Source: Candidatus Latescibacterota bacterium (GTDB taxonomy: Bacteria; Latescibacterota; UBA2968; UBA8231). From it: a stretch of DNA of 64,000 nucleotides. The notes under the pieces were generated by a model. It made no database searches. It had not been told where the DNA came from and worked only from the letters and a program-made list of their open reading frames with translations. Below, one piece after another: positions 1 through 10,873 of the stretch. The DNA is taken from the NCBI GenBank assembly GCA_965242865.1, contig CBDETK010000013.1, positions 4,576,001-4,640,000 on the forward strand. The letters are read 5' to 3'. The position numbers and the translations under genes were made by a program. Numbering within the stretch: position 1 is the stretch's first letter; every line of letters begins with the position of its first letter.

Positions 1-388
1 GCGGACAGTCGAGGATGATGTAGGCGTATTGATCGCGGACTTGGTCGAGCAGCCCGTCTAACTTTTGCTCGCGGGCGATCATGTTGACCATTTCGACCTC
101 GGCCCCGGTCAGGTTGATGTGCGAGGGAATTAAGGACAGAAAGGATATCTTGGTCTCGTAGATGACCTCGGCCGAGGCCTTTTGCCCGATCAGCGCGTGG
201 TAAATGTTGGCCGCTTGGACGTCCGCGTCGGTTTGAAAGCCGCAGCCCGAAGAGGCGTTGGCCTGCGGATCCATATCGATGAGCAGGGTCTTTTGCTCGG
301 CCACGGCGAGGCTGGCCGCCAAGTTGACGGCGGTCGTGGTCTTGCCGACCCCTCCCTTTTGATTGGATATGGCGATGACCCGACCCAT
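1..388 (-). CDS. parA: ParA/Soj family chromosome partitioning ATPase (5' part; runs off window)
   Basis: Manual translation from ATG at 388: [48 protein letters not shown], with deviant Walker A KGGVGKTT and DxDPQ. Confidence 0.93.
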   Translation of the reverse strand, partial: MGRVIAISNQKGGVGKTTTAVNLAASLAVAEQKTLLIDMDPQANASSGCGFQTDADVQAANIYHALIGQKASAEVIYETKISFLSLIPSHINLTGAEVEMVNMIAREQKLDGLLDQVRDQYAYIILDCP

Positions 389-397
389 GGCGGCAGC

Positions 398-3028
398 TCA
401 CTCGGCCAGAGCGGCTTGGGCGGCTGCCAAGCGGGCGATGGGCACCCGGTAGGGGGAACAAGACACGTAGTCGAGGCCCACTTCGTGGCAAAAGGTCACC
501 GAGCTTGGGTCGCCGCCGTGCTCGCCGCAGATGCCCACCTTGAGCTGGGGACGGGTGCTGCGGCCCCGCTCGGTGCCGAGGCGCACGAGCTGGCCGGTGC
601 CCGCTTGGTCGAGGCTTTGGAAGGGATCGTCGGCGAGAATGCCTTGGGCCACGTATTCGGGGAGGAACTTGCCGGCGTCGTCGCGGCTGTAGCCAAAGGT
701 GAGCTGGGTCAGGTCGTTGGTCCCAAAGCTGAAAAACTCGGCTTCTGCGGCGATTTGGTCGGCGAGGAGGGCAGCGCGGGGAATTTCGATCATGGTGCCT
801 ACTAGGTACTCGATCGCGCGGCCGCTGGCAATGGCGACGCGGTCGACCATGGCTTTTAGGTCGCTAAATTCGCGCTCGGTGCCCACGAGGGGGATCATGA
901 TTTCGGGCAGGGGCTCGCCGCCGGCGGCCCGCACGTTGACGGCGGCCTCAAAAATGGCCTCGACCTGCATCTCGTAGATTTCCGGGTACGTGATCCCCAA
1001 GCGACAGCCGCGGTGCCCCAACATGGGGTTGAACTCGTGCAGCGAGGCGATTTTGGCCTCGATCTGGCGCAAGGGGACGCCCAGTTCCGCGGCCATTTGC
1101 GCTTGCTGGGCCGGCTCGTGGGGCAAGAACTCGTGCAGCGGCGGGTCGAGCAGGCGGATGGTTACGGGCAGGCCGTCCATGGCGGTAAAGATGCCTTCAA
1201 AATCGCGCCGCTGCATGGGCTTGAGCTTGGCGAGGGCGCGGCGTCGCCCGGCTTCGTCGCCGGCGAGGATCATCTCCCGCACCGCCACGATGCGGTCGGC
1301 TTCAAAGAACATGTGCTCGGTGCGGCACAAGCCGATGCCCTCCGCGCCGAACCTGCGGGCCACTTGGGAGTCGTGGGGCGTATCGGCGTTGGTGCGCACG
1401 GCCAAGCGGCGCGTGTCGTCGGCCCAGCCCATTACGGTGTCAAACGCGGCCGAAAAGCTGGGCTCCACCGTGGGCACTTGGCCCAGCATGACTTGGCCGG
1501 ACGAGCCGTCGATGGAGATCCAATCGCCCTTTTTGACGGTCTGGCCGCTGGCGGTAAACAGCTCTTGGTGATAGTCGATGGCTAGGGCCTCGCAGCCGGC
1601 CACGCAGCACTTGCCCATGCCGCGCGCGACGAGGGCCGCATGGGAGGACGCGCCCCCCCGCGCGGTGAGGATGCCTTGGGCCGCGTCCATGCCGCCGATG
1701 TCTTCGGGCGACGTCTCTTGGCGCACCAAGATGACCTGCTGGCCTTGGGCCGCTTGAGCTTCGGCTTCTTCGGCGTTAAAGACCACTTGGCCGACCGCGG
1801 CCCCCGGGGAGGCCGGCAGGCCCTCGGCGATGACGTCGCGGGGGCTGGTGTCGGCAAACGTGGGATGGAGGAGCTGGTCGAGCTGCGCTGGCGTGACGCG
1901 CCGCAGGGCTTCGTCTCGGGCGATCAGCCCTTCGGCGACCATGTCCACGGCGATTTGGAAGGCCGCGGCGCCCGTGCGCTTGCCATTGCGGGTTTGCAGC
2001 ATCCACAGCTTGCCCTTCTGGACCGTGAACTCCACATCCTGCATGTCGCGGTAGTGCGGCTCTAGCTGGGCGCAGATTTGTTCAAACTGCTCGTACACTT
2101 GCGGCATGTGGCCGCTGAGCTCGGCCAGGGGTTGGGGCGTGCGGATGCCAGCGACCACGTCTTCGCCTTGGGCGTTGGTGAGGAACTCGCCGTAGAGTTG
2201 CTTGGCCCCGGTGGAGGGATTACGGGTGAAGGCCACGCCCGTGGCGCAATCGTCGCCCATATTGCCGTACACCATGGACTGGACGTTGACGGCCGTGCCC
2301 CAGTCGTGGGGGATGCCTTCGATTTCTCGGTAGCGAATGGCGCGCTGGCCCTGCCAAGAGCCGAAGACCGCGCCGATGGCCTGCCACAACTGCTCGTGGG
2401 GATCTTCTGGGAATTCGCGGTTGAGCCGCTGGGCGATCTCGGCCTTAAACTCGGCGACCAAGGAGCGCAGATCTGCGGCGCTGAGTTCGCTGTCGAGCGA
2501 GACCCCGCGGGCGCGCTTTTTTGCTTCGAGCAGGGCCTCGAAAGGGTCTGTTTCCTTTTCGTCTTCTGGCCGCAAGCCCATGACCACGTCGCCGTACATT
2601 TGCACAAAGCGGCGGTACACGTCGTAGCAAAAGCGCGGGTCGCCCGATTGTTCGATGAGCCCCTGCACGATCTGGTCGTTGAGGCCGAGGTTGAGCACGG
2701 TCTCCATCATGCCGGGCATGGACACTCTGGCCCCGGAGCGCACGGATAGCAAGAGTGGGTTGGCCGCGTCGCCAAAGCGTGCGCTCATGGTTTTTTCGAC
2801 TTCTGCAACCGCGCGTTCCACTTGGGCTTTGAGGGCGGTGGGATACGTTTTGTCGTGGTGGTAGTAATGGGTGCAAACCTCGGTGGTGATGGTAAAACCG
2901 GCTGGGACGGGCAGGCCGAGCTGGGCCATTTCGGCGAGGTTGGCGCCTTTGCCGCCGAGCAGGTTGCGCATTTCCTTGTCGCCTTCGGATTGGGAGGTGC
3001 CAAACAGATATACGTACTTTTCCGTCAT
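398..3028 (-). CDS. ppdK: Pyruvate, phosphate dikinase
   Basis: 876 aa; LLGGKGANLAEM, PLLLSVRSGA, GEDVVAGIRTP, SSHAA phospho-His region, GIGLCRTEHMF, FSFGTNDLTQ, GICGEHGG. Confidence 0.98.
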   Translation of the reverse strand: MTEKYVYLFGTSQSEGDKEMRNLLGGKGANLAEMAQLGLPVPAGFTITTEVCTHYYHHDKTYPTALKAQVERAVAEVEKTMSARFGDAANPLLLSVRSGARVSMPGMMETVLNLGLNDQIVQGLIEQSGDPRFCYDVYRRFVQMYGDVVMGLRPEDEKETDPFEALLEAKKRARGVSLDSELSAADLRSLVAEFKAEIAQRLNREFPEDPHEQLWQAIGAVFGSWQGQRAIRYREIEGIPHDWGTAVNVQSMVYGNMGDDCATGVAFTRNPSTGAKQLYGEFLTNAQGEDVVAGIRTPQPLAELSGHMPQVYEQFEQICAQLEPHYRDMQDVEFTVQKGKLWMLQTRNGKRTGAAAFQIAVDMVAEGLIARDEALRRVTPAQLDQLLHPTFADTSPRDVIAEGLPASPGAAVGQVVFNAEEAEAQAAQGQQVILVRQETSPEDIGGMDAAQGILTARGGASSHAALVARGMGKCCVAGCEALAIDYHQELFTASGQTVKKGDWISIDGSSGQVMLGQVPTVEPSFSAAFDTVMGWADDTRRLAVRTNADTPHDSQVARRFGAEGIGLCRTEHMFFEADRIVAVREMILAGDEAGRRRALAKLKPMQRRDFEGIFTAMDGLPVTIRLLDPPLHEFLPHEPAQQAQMAAELGVPLRQIEAKIASLHEFNPMLGHRGCRLGITYPEIYEMQVEAIFEAAVNVRAAGGEPLPEIMIPLVGTEREFSDLKAMVDRVAIASGRAIEYLVGTMIEIPRAALLADQIAAEAEFFSFGTNDLTQLTFGYSRDDAGKFLPEYVAQGILADDPFQSLDQAGTGQLVRLGTERGRSTRPQLKVGICGEHGGDPSSVTFCHEVGLDYVSCSPYRVPIARLAAAQAALAE

Positions 3029-3214
3029 TTCTTTCCTATTCTATATATAAGATATATAAGGTGAATGTTTTGAAGCGAGAGGGCTTGGCCACGGCGATGG
3101 CAAGAGGGGCGATGGGGCGATGGGAAGAGTCCAAAAATCGAACATGCGCGGTGCTTTGAGAGGAACGGCCTGCGGAGGGCTGAATATATCCCAAAGGGGC
3201 GGTTCGTGCAAGCA

Positions 3215-4234
3215 TTACGCCCACACCTGTTCCCACCGCTGACTGGCGGCCGAGCGATAGAGTGCCAAGGCCGTGCGCAGCTCGCCGAGGGCGTGTTCCG
3301 GGGGCGCGTCCGGGGCCTTGCCATCGAGGACGGCCGCGGCGAAATCAGCGAGCTCCGGCCCAAAGGACTCGGTGTAGCCCGGGCTGGCAAAAAGCCGCGT
3401 GCCCTCGGGATGGTCGGCGTCCCACAGCCAGAGTTCGGCGCCGTCGAGCCCGGCGTTGATGGTTAGCTCGCCCTGAGTGCCCGTAATCCGCCACCAAGGG
3501 TCTGGGGCAAAGACCGTGTCGATCATCATGGCGTCGAAAACAGCGGTCTTGCCCGATTCAAAGCGGAAGAGCGCGCGGGCGAGGGACTCGCCCTCCATTT
3601 GCGCGAGCGGGTGCCCCAAGACGCCGACCACCTCTTTGATTTCGCCCAGCCACATTCGCAGGGGCCGAATCCAGTGCGAGCCGCCGTCGATGGTGATGCC
3701 GCCGCCGGTGCGCCCCTTTTCGTAGCGCCAAGGCCGCTCTTCCTTGAACCAGTAGGAGTCAAACGGATAGACAAAGGCCGCGCGGGCGGTGATGATTTCG
3801 CCGATGGCCCCGGCCGCAAGGAGCGTTTGTGCCTCGACGATTTCGGGCCAGTACTGGCTGTTTTCCGCGACCATAAAGACGCCCGGAGCCGTGCGGGCCG
3901 CGGCGAGAATGCGGTCGCAGGCGTCGAGGGTGGGGGCCATGGGCTTTTCCAAGAGCACGTGCTTGCCGGCGGCGAAGCACTTGAGGGCGATGGGTTCGTG
4001 CAAGTCGTGGGGCAGCATGATATCGACGGCGTCGAAGTCGCCCTTTTCGAGCGCGGCGTCGAGCGAGGTGAAGGCCCGCCCGCCGGTTTCAGCGGCGTAG
4101 GCTTGGGCTTTGGACTCGTCGAGATCGACGAGCGCGGTGACGTCAATGCGGGGAGCGTGCTCCTTGATGCCATCGAGGTGAAAGCGAGCGATGGCACCAC
4201 AGCCGATAAAGGCCAGCTTGAGTTGGTCCGGCAT
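3215..4234 (-). CDS. Gfo/Idh/MocA family oxidoreductase
   Basis: IGCGAIA Rossmann motif, HVLLEKPM, DGGSH; start placed at MPDQLK (4234). Confidence 0.9.
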   Translation of the reverse strand: MPDQLKLAFIGCGAIARFHLDGIKEHAPRIDVTALVDLDESKAQAYAAETGGRAFTSLDAALEKGDFDAVDIMLPHDLHEPIALKCFAAGKHVLLEKPMAPTLDACDRILAAARTAPGVFMVAENSQYWPEIVEAQTLLAAGAIGEIITARAAFVYPFDSYWFKEERPWRYEKGRTGGGITIDGGSHWIRPLRMWLGEIKEVVGVLGHPLAQMEGESLARALFRFESGKTAVFDAMMIDTVFAPDPWWRITGTQGELTINAGLDGAELWLWDADHPEGTRLFASPGYTESFGPELADFAAAVLDGKAPDAPPEHALGELRTALALYRSAASQRWEQVWA

Positions 4235-4371
4235 GAAAAATCTCCGATAGCGAGGTGAGTTCAGGCCGAGAAAATACGCAATGGAGGCGCGGGGAATCAA
4301 ATTTGCCGTTGCTTGGGTAGCGGAACCGGGGGCGTGGGGATACATTATGGAACCAAACCAAGGAGATTCTT

Positions 4372-7245
4372 ATGAAAGACAAATTGCTGTTATCCGCTTT
4401 CGTGCTGTGGGCGGGCGCGGCCTTTGGCGTCGAGGGGACGCTTTCCGGCGTGGTGATGGGGCCAGCCGGCGAAGTCATCCCCGGGGCCAACGTCGTCCTC
4501 GTCGGCGACCGGCTGCCGAGCGGCCGGGTCGGCACGGCGACCGACGAAGACGGGCGCTTCCGCCTAGCGGGGCTGCCGGCCGGCGAGTATCAACTCAGCG
4601 TCACGCATATCGGCTATCGGCTCCTGACGAGGGAAGGAGTTGGTATCGTCGCTGGGGAGCAGGAACTGACGTTGCGGCTGGAGACGGGAATAATTTTCCT
4701 CGACCAGAACGTAGTCTCGGCCTCGCGGCGGCAGGAAAAGGTCCTCGAAGCCCCGGCCTCGGTGGCCGTGGTCGAGGCCGAGGACATTCGCAACCGACCG
4801 GCCCTCAGCGTCGCCGAGCACATCCGCGACCTGCCGGCCGTGGATTTTTCCCAGACCGGCTTGGCGCAGAGCAATGTGGTCGTGCGGGGCTTCAACAATG
4901 TCTTTTCGGGTGCGCTGCTGACCCTGACCGACAATCGCATCGCCCGCGTCCCCTCCCTGCGCTTGAACGCCTACAACTTCATTCCGGTGACCAACGACGA
5001 TATCGAGCGCATTGAGGTGGTGTTGGGGCCGGGGGCCGCGCTCTACGGGCCGAATAGCGCCAACGGCGTGATGCACATCATCACCCACTCGCCGTTTACG
5101 TCAGCCGGGACCAACGTCAACGTTGGCGTGGGCGAGCGCAGTTTATACAAGGTGGGGATGCGCCACGCCGGGACAGCGGGCGATCGCCTCGGCTACAAGG
5201 TGTCGGCCCAGTACTACGAGGGGATGGACTGGGAGTACGAAGACCCGGTTGAGGTGCAGGCTAGGGCCGCCAATCCAACCATCCCACCGCGCAATTTTGA
5301 CATTGAACGCCAGAGTGCCGAAGTGCGCTTGGACTACCGGGCCTCGGACGACTTAACGGCCATTTTGGCGGCCGGCTACAACAAGGCCGATCAGATCGAG
5401 TTGACCGGCCTAGGGGCTGGCCAAGCCCAAGACTGGGAGTACAACTACGTCCAGTTGCGCCTGCTGTACAAGAATTGGTTCGCCCAAGTCTTTCAGAACG
5501 GGAGCAACGCCGGCGATACCTTTACCCTGCGCGATGGGAATCCGATCGTCGATAACTCTAGGCTGACCGCCTTCCAGCTCCAGCACTCGGCCGCGCTAGG
5601 AGGTCGGCAGCGCTTTACGTACGGCGCGGATGTGCTGCTGACGCGGCCCGATACCGAGGGGACGATCAACGGCGGCAACGAAGACTACGATCAGACCAAC
5701 GAATTTGGGGCGTACGTGCAGAGCGAGACGGCCCTGAGCGAGATGCTCGACTTGGTGGTGGCCCTGCGCTACGACGACCACAACCGCATTCCCGAAGGCG
5801 AAATCTCGCCGCGCGCCGGGCTAGTCTTCAAGCCGAAGGAGACCCAAATTCTGCGGCTGACGTACAATCGCGCCTTTGCGACGCCGTCGAGCAACAATCT
5901 CTATTTGGACATCAGCTCCAGCCAAGACGCCTTTGGCATTGGCGCGGCCTTTGAGCCATCGCTGGGCTTTGCACCGGCCATTGACGTGCGGGCGCAGGGG
6001 ACCTATCGAGAGGGTTTTGCCTCCGGCTGGACCTTTACTCGCTCGGGCAATGGCCGGCCGCAGTTTCGCTCGCCCTTCGCGCCGTTGGCAGAAAAGGCCG
6101 CGGCCGATTACATCGACTTGGGGGATCCGGTTTTTACCAATGTGATGTGGGGTCTGGGGCGCAGGGGGGTGTTGAGCCGGCTCAATACCCCGCTTTTTGA
6201 GGGACTCGCAGCGACTCAGATTGGGGTCCTGCAAGAGCTGGACCAAGCAGCGGCTGAGGAGGCCGCCGGGCAGCTATTGAGCGAGTTAGCGGCCTTGGTG
6301 CCCGAGCAATTGACCGGGTTGGACAACACCCTGCGCATGCTCAACCTAGAGAAGGTAGCGGCTGGCGATCCGGCCCCCTTTGATCCGGTAGGTGATGTGC
6401 TCGACGTGCCGCTGACCCGCTCGACGACCACCGAGACCTTTGAGTTGGGCTACAAGGGCGTAATCGGCGAGAAGCTAGTCGTGGCGGCCGACCTGTATCA
6501 CACCCGCATTGAGGATTTCGTCTCCCCGATTCAGGTGCAGACGCCCAATGTATTTCTCGATCCGGCCAGCCTTGGAGTGGCGCTAGGGACGAGCCTCGGC
6601 GAAGCACTGACTGATAATCCAGGGATGGCCGCGGCCGTTGCTCCGCTCGACAATATGCAGGTCCCGGGCACCTTGTCTGGCAACGGCAATGGCTCGCCCG
6701 TGGATGAAATTGTCACGTTGTTTGCCGGCGGAGCCGCGAGCATCCCGTTTGGCACGGTTACGCCCGAGCAAGCCTTCGACCCGACGGCCGTGATGTTGAC
6801 CTATCGCAATTTCGGCGAGATCACCCTCAACGGGCTGGACGTGAACTTGGCCTATTTCCCGAGCGACCAATGGTCGCTCACGGGCAGCTACTCTTGGGTC
6901 GATAAGACCTTGTTTGAAAAGGTCGATGACATCGCCGACATCGCGCTCAACGCGCCGGGCAACAAGTTCAAGCTGGGCACGTCGTACACCTTTAACCAAC
7001 CGCAACTAACCCTAGGGGCGCAGTGGCGCTCCGTGGGGGCGTTTCGCCAAGAGTCGGGGGTGTTCGTCGGAGATGTGGACTCGTACTCGCTACTCGATTT
7101 GAACGCCAGTTATCGGCTGCCGTTCGGGCGCCACCTACGGCTCGGGGTGGATGTTTCCAACGCGCTTGACACCAAGCACCGGACCTTTGTTGGGGCCCCG
7201 GAGATTGGCCGCTTAGTCTTTGGGCAATTGGGCGTGGCGTTCTGA
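4372..7245 (+). CDS. TonB-dependent receptor with N-terminal carboxypeptidase-regulatory-like domain
   Basis: Signal peptide, AAGGAG RBS, VVSASRR TonB-box region, IERIEVVLGPGAALYG plug motif, C-terminal Phe. Confidence 0.93.
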   Translation: MKDKLLLSAFVLWAGAAFGVEGTLSGVVMGPAGEVIPGANVVLVGDRLPSGRVGTATDEDGRFRLAGLPAGEYQLSVTHIGYRLLTREGVGIVAGEQELTLRLETGIIFLDQNVVSASRRQEKVLEAPASVAVVEAEDIRNRPALSVAEHIRDLPAVDFSQTGLAQSNVVVRGFNNVFSGALLTLTDNRIARVPSLRLNAYNFIPVTNDDIERIEVVLGPGAALYGPNSANGVMHIITHSPFTSAGTNVNVGVGERSLYKVGMRHAGTAGDRLGYKVSAQYYEGMDWEYEDPVEVQARAANPTIPPRNFDIERQSAEVRLDYRASDDLTAILAAGYNKADQIELTGLGAGQAQDWEYNYVQLRLLYKNWFAQVFQNGSNAGDTFTLRDGNPIVDNSRLTAFQLQHSAALGGRQRFTYGADVLLTRPDTEGTINGGNEDYDQTNEFGAYVQSETALSEMLDLVVALRYDDHNRIPEGEISPRAGLVFKPKETQILRLTYNRAFATPSSNNLYLDISSSQDAFGIGAAFEPSLGFAPAIDVRAQGTYREGFASGWTFTRSGNGRPQFRSPFAPLAEKAAADYIDLGDPVFTNVMWGLGRRGVLSRLNTPLFEGLAATQIGVLQELDQAAAEEAAGQLLSELAALVPEQLTGLDNTLRMLNLEKVAAGDPAPFDPVGDVLDVPLTRSTTTETFELGYKGVIGEKLVVAADLYHTRIEDFVSPIQVQTPNVFLDPASLGVALGTSLGEALTDNPGMAAAVAPLDNMQVPGTLSGNGNGSPVDEIVTLFAGGAASIPFGTVTPEQAFDPTAVMLTYRNFGEITLNGLDVNLAYFPSDQWSLTGSYSWVDKTLFEKVDDIADIALNAPGNKFKLGTSYTFNQPQLTLGAQWRSVGAFRQESGVFVGDVDSYSLLDLNASYRLPFGRHLRLGVDVSNALDTKHRTFVGAPEIGRLVFGQLGVAF

Positions 7246-7261
7246 GGGAAGGTACAGCAGG

Positions 7262-7302
7262 TAAAAGGGGGGGACGGGCATGGCCCATCCCCCCTTTTTT
7301 TA
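7262..7302. terminator. Bidirectional intrinsic terminator between convergent genes
   Basis: AAAAGGGGGGGACGGGC-ATG-GCCCATCCCCCCTTTTTTT: GC stem with A-tract and T-tract flanks. Confidence 0.8.
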
Positions 7303-7878
7303 CGTCGGCTCGTTGCCGCGGGCCATGACGACCTTGCCGGTGCGGACCATCTCCTTGAGGTCGAACTTGCTCAATAGGGACTCGAGCGCGTCCATCTTCT
7401 CGGTGGTGCCGGTGGCCTCGATGGTGATGGTTTCCTCGGATATATCGACGGTCTTGCCGCGGAACACCTCGGCGATCTGCAAGACCTCGGTGCGCTCTTC
7501 GACCGAGCAGCCGACCTTGAAGAGTGCCAACTCGCGGACGATGGCGTTTTCGGCCGAATGGTCCTTGGCGTGGATGACATCGACTAGCTTGTTGAGCTGG
7601 AGAATGATCTGGTGCAACTCGGCGGCCGGGCCAATGCTGGTGATGGTCATGCGCGAGCACTGGGGGATGTGGGCCGGCGAGACGACTAGGTTTTCGATGT
7701 TGTAGCCGCGGCGGGCAAAGCACTGGGCGATTCGCACCAGCACTCCGGGGCGATCGTTGACCAACAGGCCGATGGTCGCCTTGTGCTGGGGTTCGGCCAG
7801 CTTGAGCTGGGGCGCGTCCACCGCCTCTTGGCGGGCGTTGAGGTCGGCCGCGGCAAAGTCAATGGCGGTTGTAGGCAT
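7300..7878 (-). CDS. ilvN: Acetolactate synthase small (regulatory) subunit
   Basis: LVNDRPGVLVRIAQCFARRGYNIENL ACT domain, LNKLVDVI, EMVRTG; ATG overlaps the ilvB TGA. Confidence 0.93.
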   Translation of the reverse strand: MPTTAIDFAAADLNARQEAVDAPQLKLAEPQHKATIGLLVNDRPGVLVRIAQCFARRGYNIENLVVSPAHIPQCSRMTITSIGPAAELHQIILQLNKLVDVIHAKDHSAENAIVRELALFKVGCSVEERTEVLQIAEVFRGKTVDISEETITIEATGTTEKMDALESLLSKFDLKEMVRTGKVVMARGNEPT

Positions 7879-9596
7879 CAGGTGCTCCCTTTGGGTTGGG
7901 CCAGTTTCTGCTTGGGGGCCTCGACCAGCATGTCGGTAAGCGCGGCGCCAGCGGGGATCATGGGGAAGACGTTGTCTTCTTTTTCGCACTCGGCGTGGAT
8001 GACGCAGGGGCCTTCGTCGTAGGCGAGGGCCTGCTCGAGGACTTTGTCGATGTCGGCGGTGCGCCGGATGCGGAAGCCCTTAGCCCCGTAGGCTTCAGCG
8101 AGCTTGAAGAAGTCGGGGTTGCCCTCTAGGTCGACGCCGGAGAGGCGATTGTCGAAGAAGAGGTTCTGCCACTGGCGCACCATCCCCAGGTACTTGTTGT
8201 CGAGGACTAGGATTTTGACCGGCAGCCGATGGATGACGGCGGTGGCCAGCTCGCACAAGGTCATCTGGAAGCCGCCATCGCCGCAAATGGCGACGACGAT
8301 CTCCTCGGGGCGACCAAACTGGGCCCCAATGGCCGCGGGAAAGCCAAAGCCCATGGTGCCCGCGCCGCCGGAGGAAAGCCACTGGCGGTGGTGGGCCGTT
8401 TTGTAGAACTGGGCCGCCCACATCTGGTGCTGGCCGACATCCGTGGTCACTACGGCGCGGCCAGCGGTCAGCTCGTATAGACGGTCGATGACAGCCTGCA
8501 TCTTGAGCCCGCCGCGCTTGCCGTATTTGAGCGGGTATTTTGCCTTCCACTCGTCGATTTGGGCCAGCCAAGCGGCCGTGTTGAGCGGCTCGACATAGTT
8601 GACTAGCTCTTCGAGCACTTGGCGCGCGTCGCCTTCGATAAAAACGTCGGGCACGACCACTTTGCCGTATTCGGCCGGGTCGATGTCGATGTGAATTTTT
8701 TTTGCGTCTGGGCAAAATTCCGCCAGCTTGCCGGTGATCCGGTCGTCCCAGCGCCCGCCCACGGACATAATCAGGTCGCAGCCAACGACGGCTTTGTTGG
8801 CGTAGGCCGTGCCGTGCATGCCGAGCATGCCCACGGAGAGCGCGTGCTGCTCGGGGAAGGCCCCCTTGCCGAGCAGGGTGTTGGTCACCGGCATCCGCGT
8901 CTTTTCGGCAAAGGATTTGGCCGCCTCGTGCCCGCCCGAGGCGATGCAGCCGCCGCCCAAGTAGAGCAGGGGGCGCGTACTGCGGCGCAGGAGGGCGGCC
9001 GCGGCTTCGAGCAACTCGGGCGCGGGCTTGGTCTGCCAAGTATAACCGGGCAAGTACACCTTGTCGGGAAAATCCGTGGTGCATTCCGGGAAGGGGGCTC
9101 CTTGAGTGACGTCCTTGGGCAAATCGACGAGCACCGGCCCCTGTCGGCCCGTGGTGGCGATGTGGAATGCCTCGGTCATCACGCGGGGAATGTCGTTGGG
9201 GTCGCGCACGAGATAGGAGTGCTTGACGACGGGCATGGAGATGCCAAAGACATCGGCCTCCTGAAAGGCGTCTTTGCCGAGCATGGGCGTGACGGTCTGA
9301 CCAGTGAGGGCAATGACCGGAGCGGAATCCATCAGCGCGGTGAGCAAGCCGGTGATGGTGTTGGTCGCGCCCGGGCCGGAGGTTACTAAGACGACCCCGG
9401 GCTTGCCGGTGGCGCGGGCGTACCCGTCGGCCATGTGGGTCGCGCCTTGCTCGTGCCGGGTGAGGACGAAGCGGATCTGCTCGGAGTTGAGCAGCGCGTC
9501 GAAGATGGGCATGGCCGCGCCGCCCGGATGCCCAAAGACGTACTCGACGCCGAAGCGGTCGAGTGCCTCGATGACTTTGTCTGCCCCTCTCGCCAT
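7878..9596 (-). CDS. ilvB: Acetolactate synthase large subunit, biosynthetic type
   Basis: [42 protein letters not shown] motif, LGMVRQWQ. Confidence 0.97.
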   Translation of the reverse strand: MARGADKVIEALDRFGVEYVFGHPGGAAMPIFDALLNSEQIRFVLTRHEQGATHMADGYARATGKPGVVLVTSGPGATNTITGLLTALMDSAPVIALTGQTVTPMLGKDAFQEADVFGISMPVVKHSYLVRDPNDIPRVMTEAFHIATTGRQGPVLVDLPKDVTQGAPFPECTTDFPDKVYLPGYTWQTKPAPELLEAAAALLRRSTRPLLYLGGGCIASGGHEAAKSFAEKTRMPVTNTLLGKGAFPEQHALSVGMLGMHGTAYANKAVVGCDLIMSVGGRWDDRITGKLAEFCPDAKKIHIDIDPAEYGKVVVPDVFIEGDARQVLEELVNYVEPLNTAAWLAQIDEWKAKYPLKYGKRGGLKMQAVIDRLYELTAGRAVVTTDVGQHQMWAAQFYKTAHHRQWLSSGGAGTMGFGFPAAIGAQFGRPEEIVVAICGDGGFQMTLCELATAVIHRLPVKILVLDNKYLGMVRQWQNLFFDNRLSGVDLEGNPDFFKLAEAYGAKGFRIRRTADIDKVLEQALAYDEGPCVIHAECEKEDNVFPMIPAGAALTDMLVEAPKQKLAQPKGST

Positions 9597-9653
9597 GTCA
9601 ATTCCTCCCTACAGTGAATAGCTTGAGAATTATTATGTAATCAACTTGAGCAA

Positions 9654-9682
9654 AGTATAGGAAAAAAGGGCGGTAATGACAA
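9654..9682 (-). promoter_or_regulatory. Putative sigma70 promoter for ilvBN
   Basis: Minus strand TTGTCA-17 nt-TATACT, ~60 nt upstream of the ilvB start. Confidence 0.65.
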
Positions 9683-9759
9683 GGAGGAGGAGGAAAATTG
9701 AACGATTTTTAGCGAAAAAGAAGAAGTTGGCAGCGAAAGCGGCAACTTGCCGAGGAATC

Positions 9760-10872
9760 CTAGCGCACTCGATACCTTGCGACGACTTCTTCATCGATCG
9801 TCACGCCCAACCCCGGCCCCGCTGGCACGTGAACGCACCCATCGACGACCGCGAATTTTTCGTGCGTCAGGTCGTGGCGCAAGGGCGAGTCGGCCATGCA
9901 GTATTCGAAGATTTCGCCGTGGGGAACTGCTGCCAGCCCGTGCAGGGAGGCGGCGATGGTGATGCCGCTTTTGAACGAGTGATTGACGACCTTGCGGTGT
10001 AGGCGGTGGGCGAGGCGGCCGACCTCGACCATCGTCGAAAGCCCGCAGCGGCCTGGGTCCGGCTGGACCCAGTCGATGCGGCCCTCGACGAGCAGCCGCT
10101 CAAAGTCCCGATAGCGCGACTCGGCCTCGCCGGTGGCGATGGGGATTGGGCTGCGCTCGCACAGGCGCGCATAGCCCTCGACATCCTCGGGGTGCAGGGG
10201 TTCTTCGAGCCAGAATACGCCGTACTCGGCGAATTGCTCGGCGCGCTTGAGGCCGGTTTTCCAGTCCCACACCTGCCCCGCATCCACCAAGATGTCCACG
10301 TCCGGCCCGGCCCCCTTCCTCGCTTCGCGCACCAAGGCGATGTCGTTGGCCTCGCTTTGGCCCATCGGCCCCCACCCGAACTTGATGGCCGTGAACCCCT
10401 CGTCGGCAAAGCGGCGGGCCAACTCGCCGGTCTCGTGCGGCGTATCGCCGAAGAGGAGGGAGCAGTACGCGCGGAATTTGGTTTGATAGGGGCCACCGAG
10501 CAGCGCGTAGGCCGGGCAATTGCGCGCCTTGCCGGCAAGGTCCCACAGCGCGAGGTTGACCCCGGCCATGGCGTGCGTGCCCACGCCGACGCGACCGTAG
10601 TAGTTGGCCGCTTTGAGCATGCGCTCGCCGCACACGTCAATGGCCAGCGGGTCGAGGCCCACGAGGGCGTTGGCGAGGCCGTTGCTAATCTGGTGGGAAA
10701 GCGGGGCTTCGACGATGGCCTTGACCACGGTGGGGGCCGAATCGACTTCGCCCCAGCCGGTGATGCCGGCGTCGGTTTCTATTTGGATCAGACAGGTGTC
10801 TTGGGTGCCGTCGCAGCGGGCCGTGACGGCCGGCAGGCGCAGGTAATGGGCGGATACGCGCGTGATTTTCAC
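9760..10872 (-). CDS. Mandelate racemase/muconate lactonizing enzyme family protein (enolase superfamily)
   Basis: IETDAGITGWGE, ALWDLAGK, AIKFG, LVDAG, WLEEP, ATGE, VQPD metal-ligand pattern. Confidence 0.92.
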   Translation of the reverse strand: MKITRVSAHYLRLPAVTARCDGTQDTCLIQIETDAGITGWGEVDSAPTVVKAIVEAPLSHQISNGLANALVGLDPLAIDVCGERMLKAANYYGRVGVGTHAMAGVNLALWDLAGKARNCPAYALLGGPYQTKFRAYCSLLFGDTPHETGELARRFADEGFTAIKFGWGPMGQSEANDIALVREARKGAGPDVDILVDAGQVWDWKTGLKRAEQFAEYGVFWLEEPLHPEDVEGYARLCERSPIPIATGEAESRYRDFERLLVEGRIDWVQPDPGRCGLSTMVEVGRLAHRLHRKVVNHSFKSGITIAASLHGLAAVPHGEIFEYCMADSPLRHDLTHEKFAVVDGCVHVPAGPGLGVTIDEEVVARYRVR

Positions 10873-10873
10873 G

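Noticed and set aside
3095-3125. Short GGCGATGG repeats upstream of ppdK
   Set aside because: Three short GC-rich copies with no clear structure; not distinguishable from chance.
9597-9760. ilv leader-peptide attenuator or T-box
   Set aside because: The predicted promoter leaves only ~50 nt of leader with no Leu/Ile/Val-rich ORF; the hairpin near 9720-9750 fits a terminator for the upstream gene.
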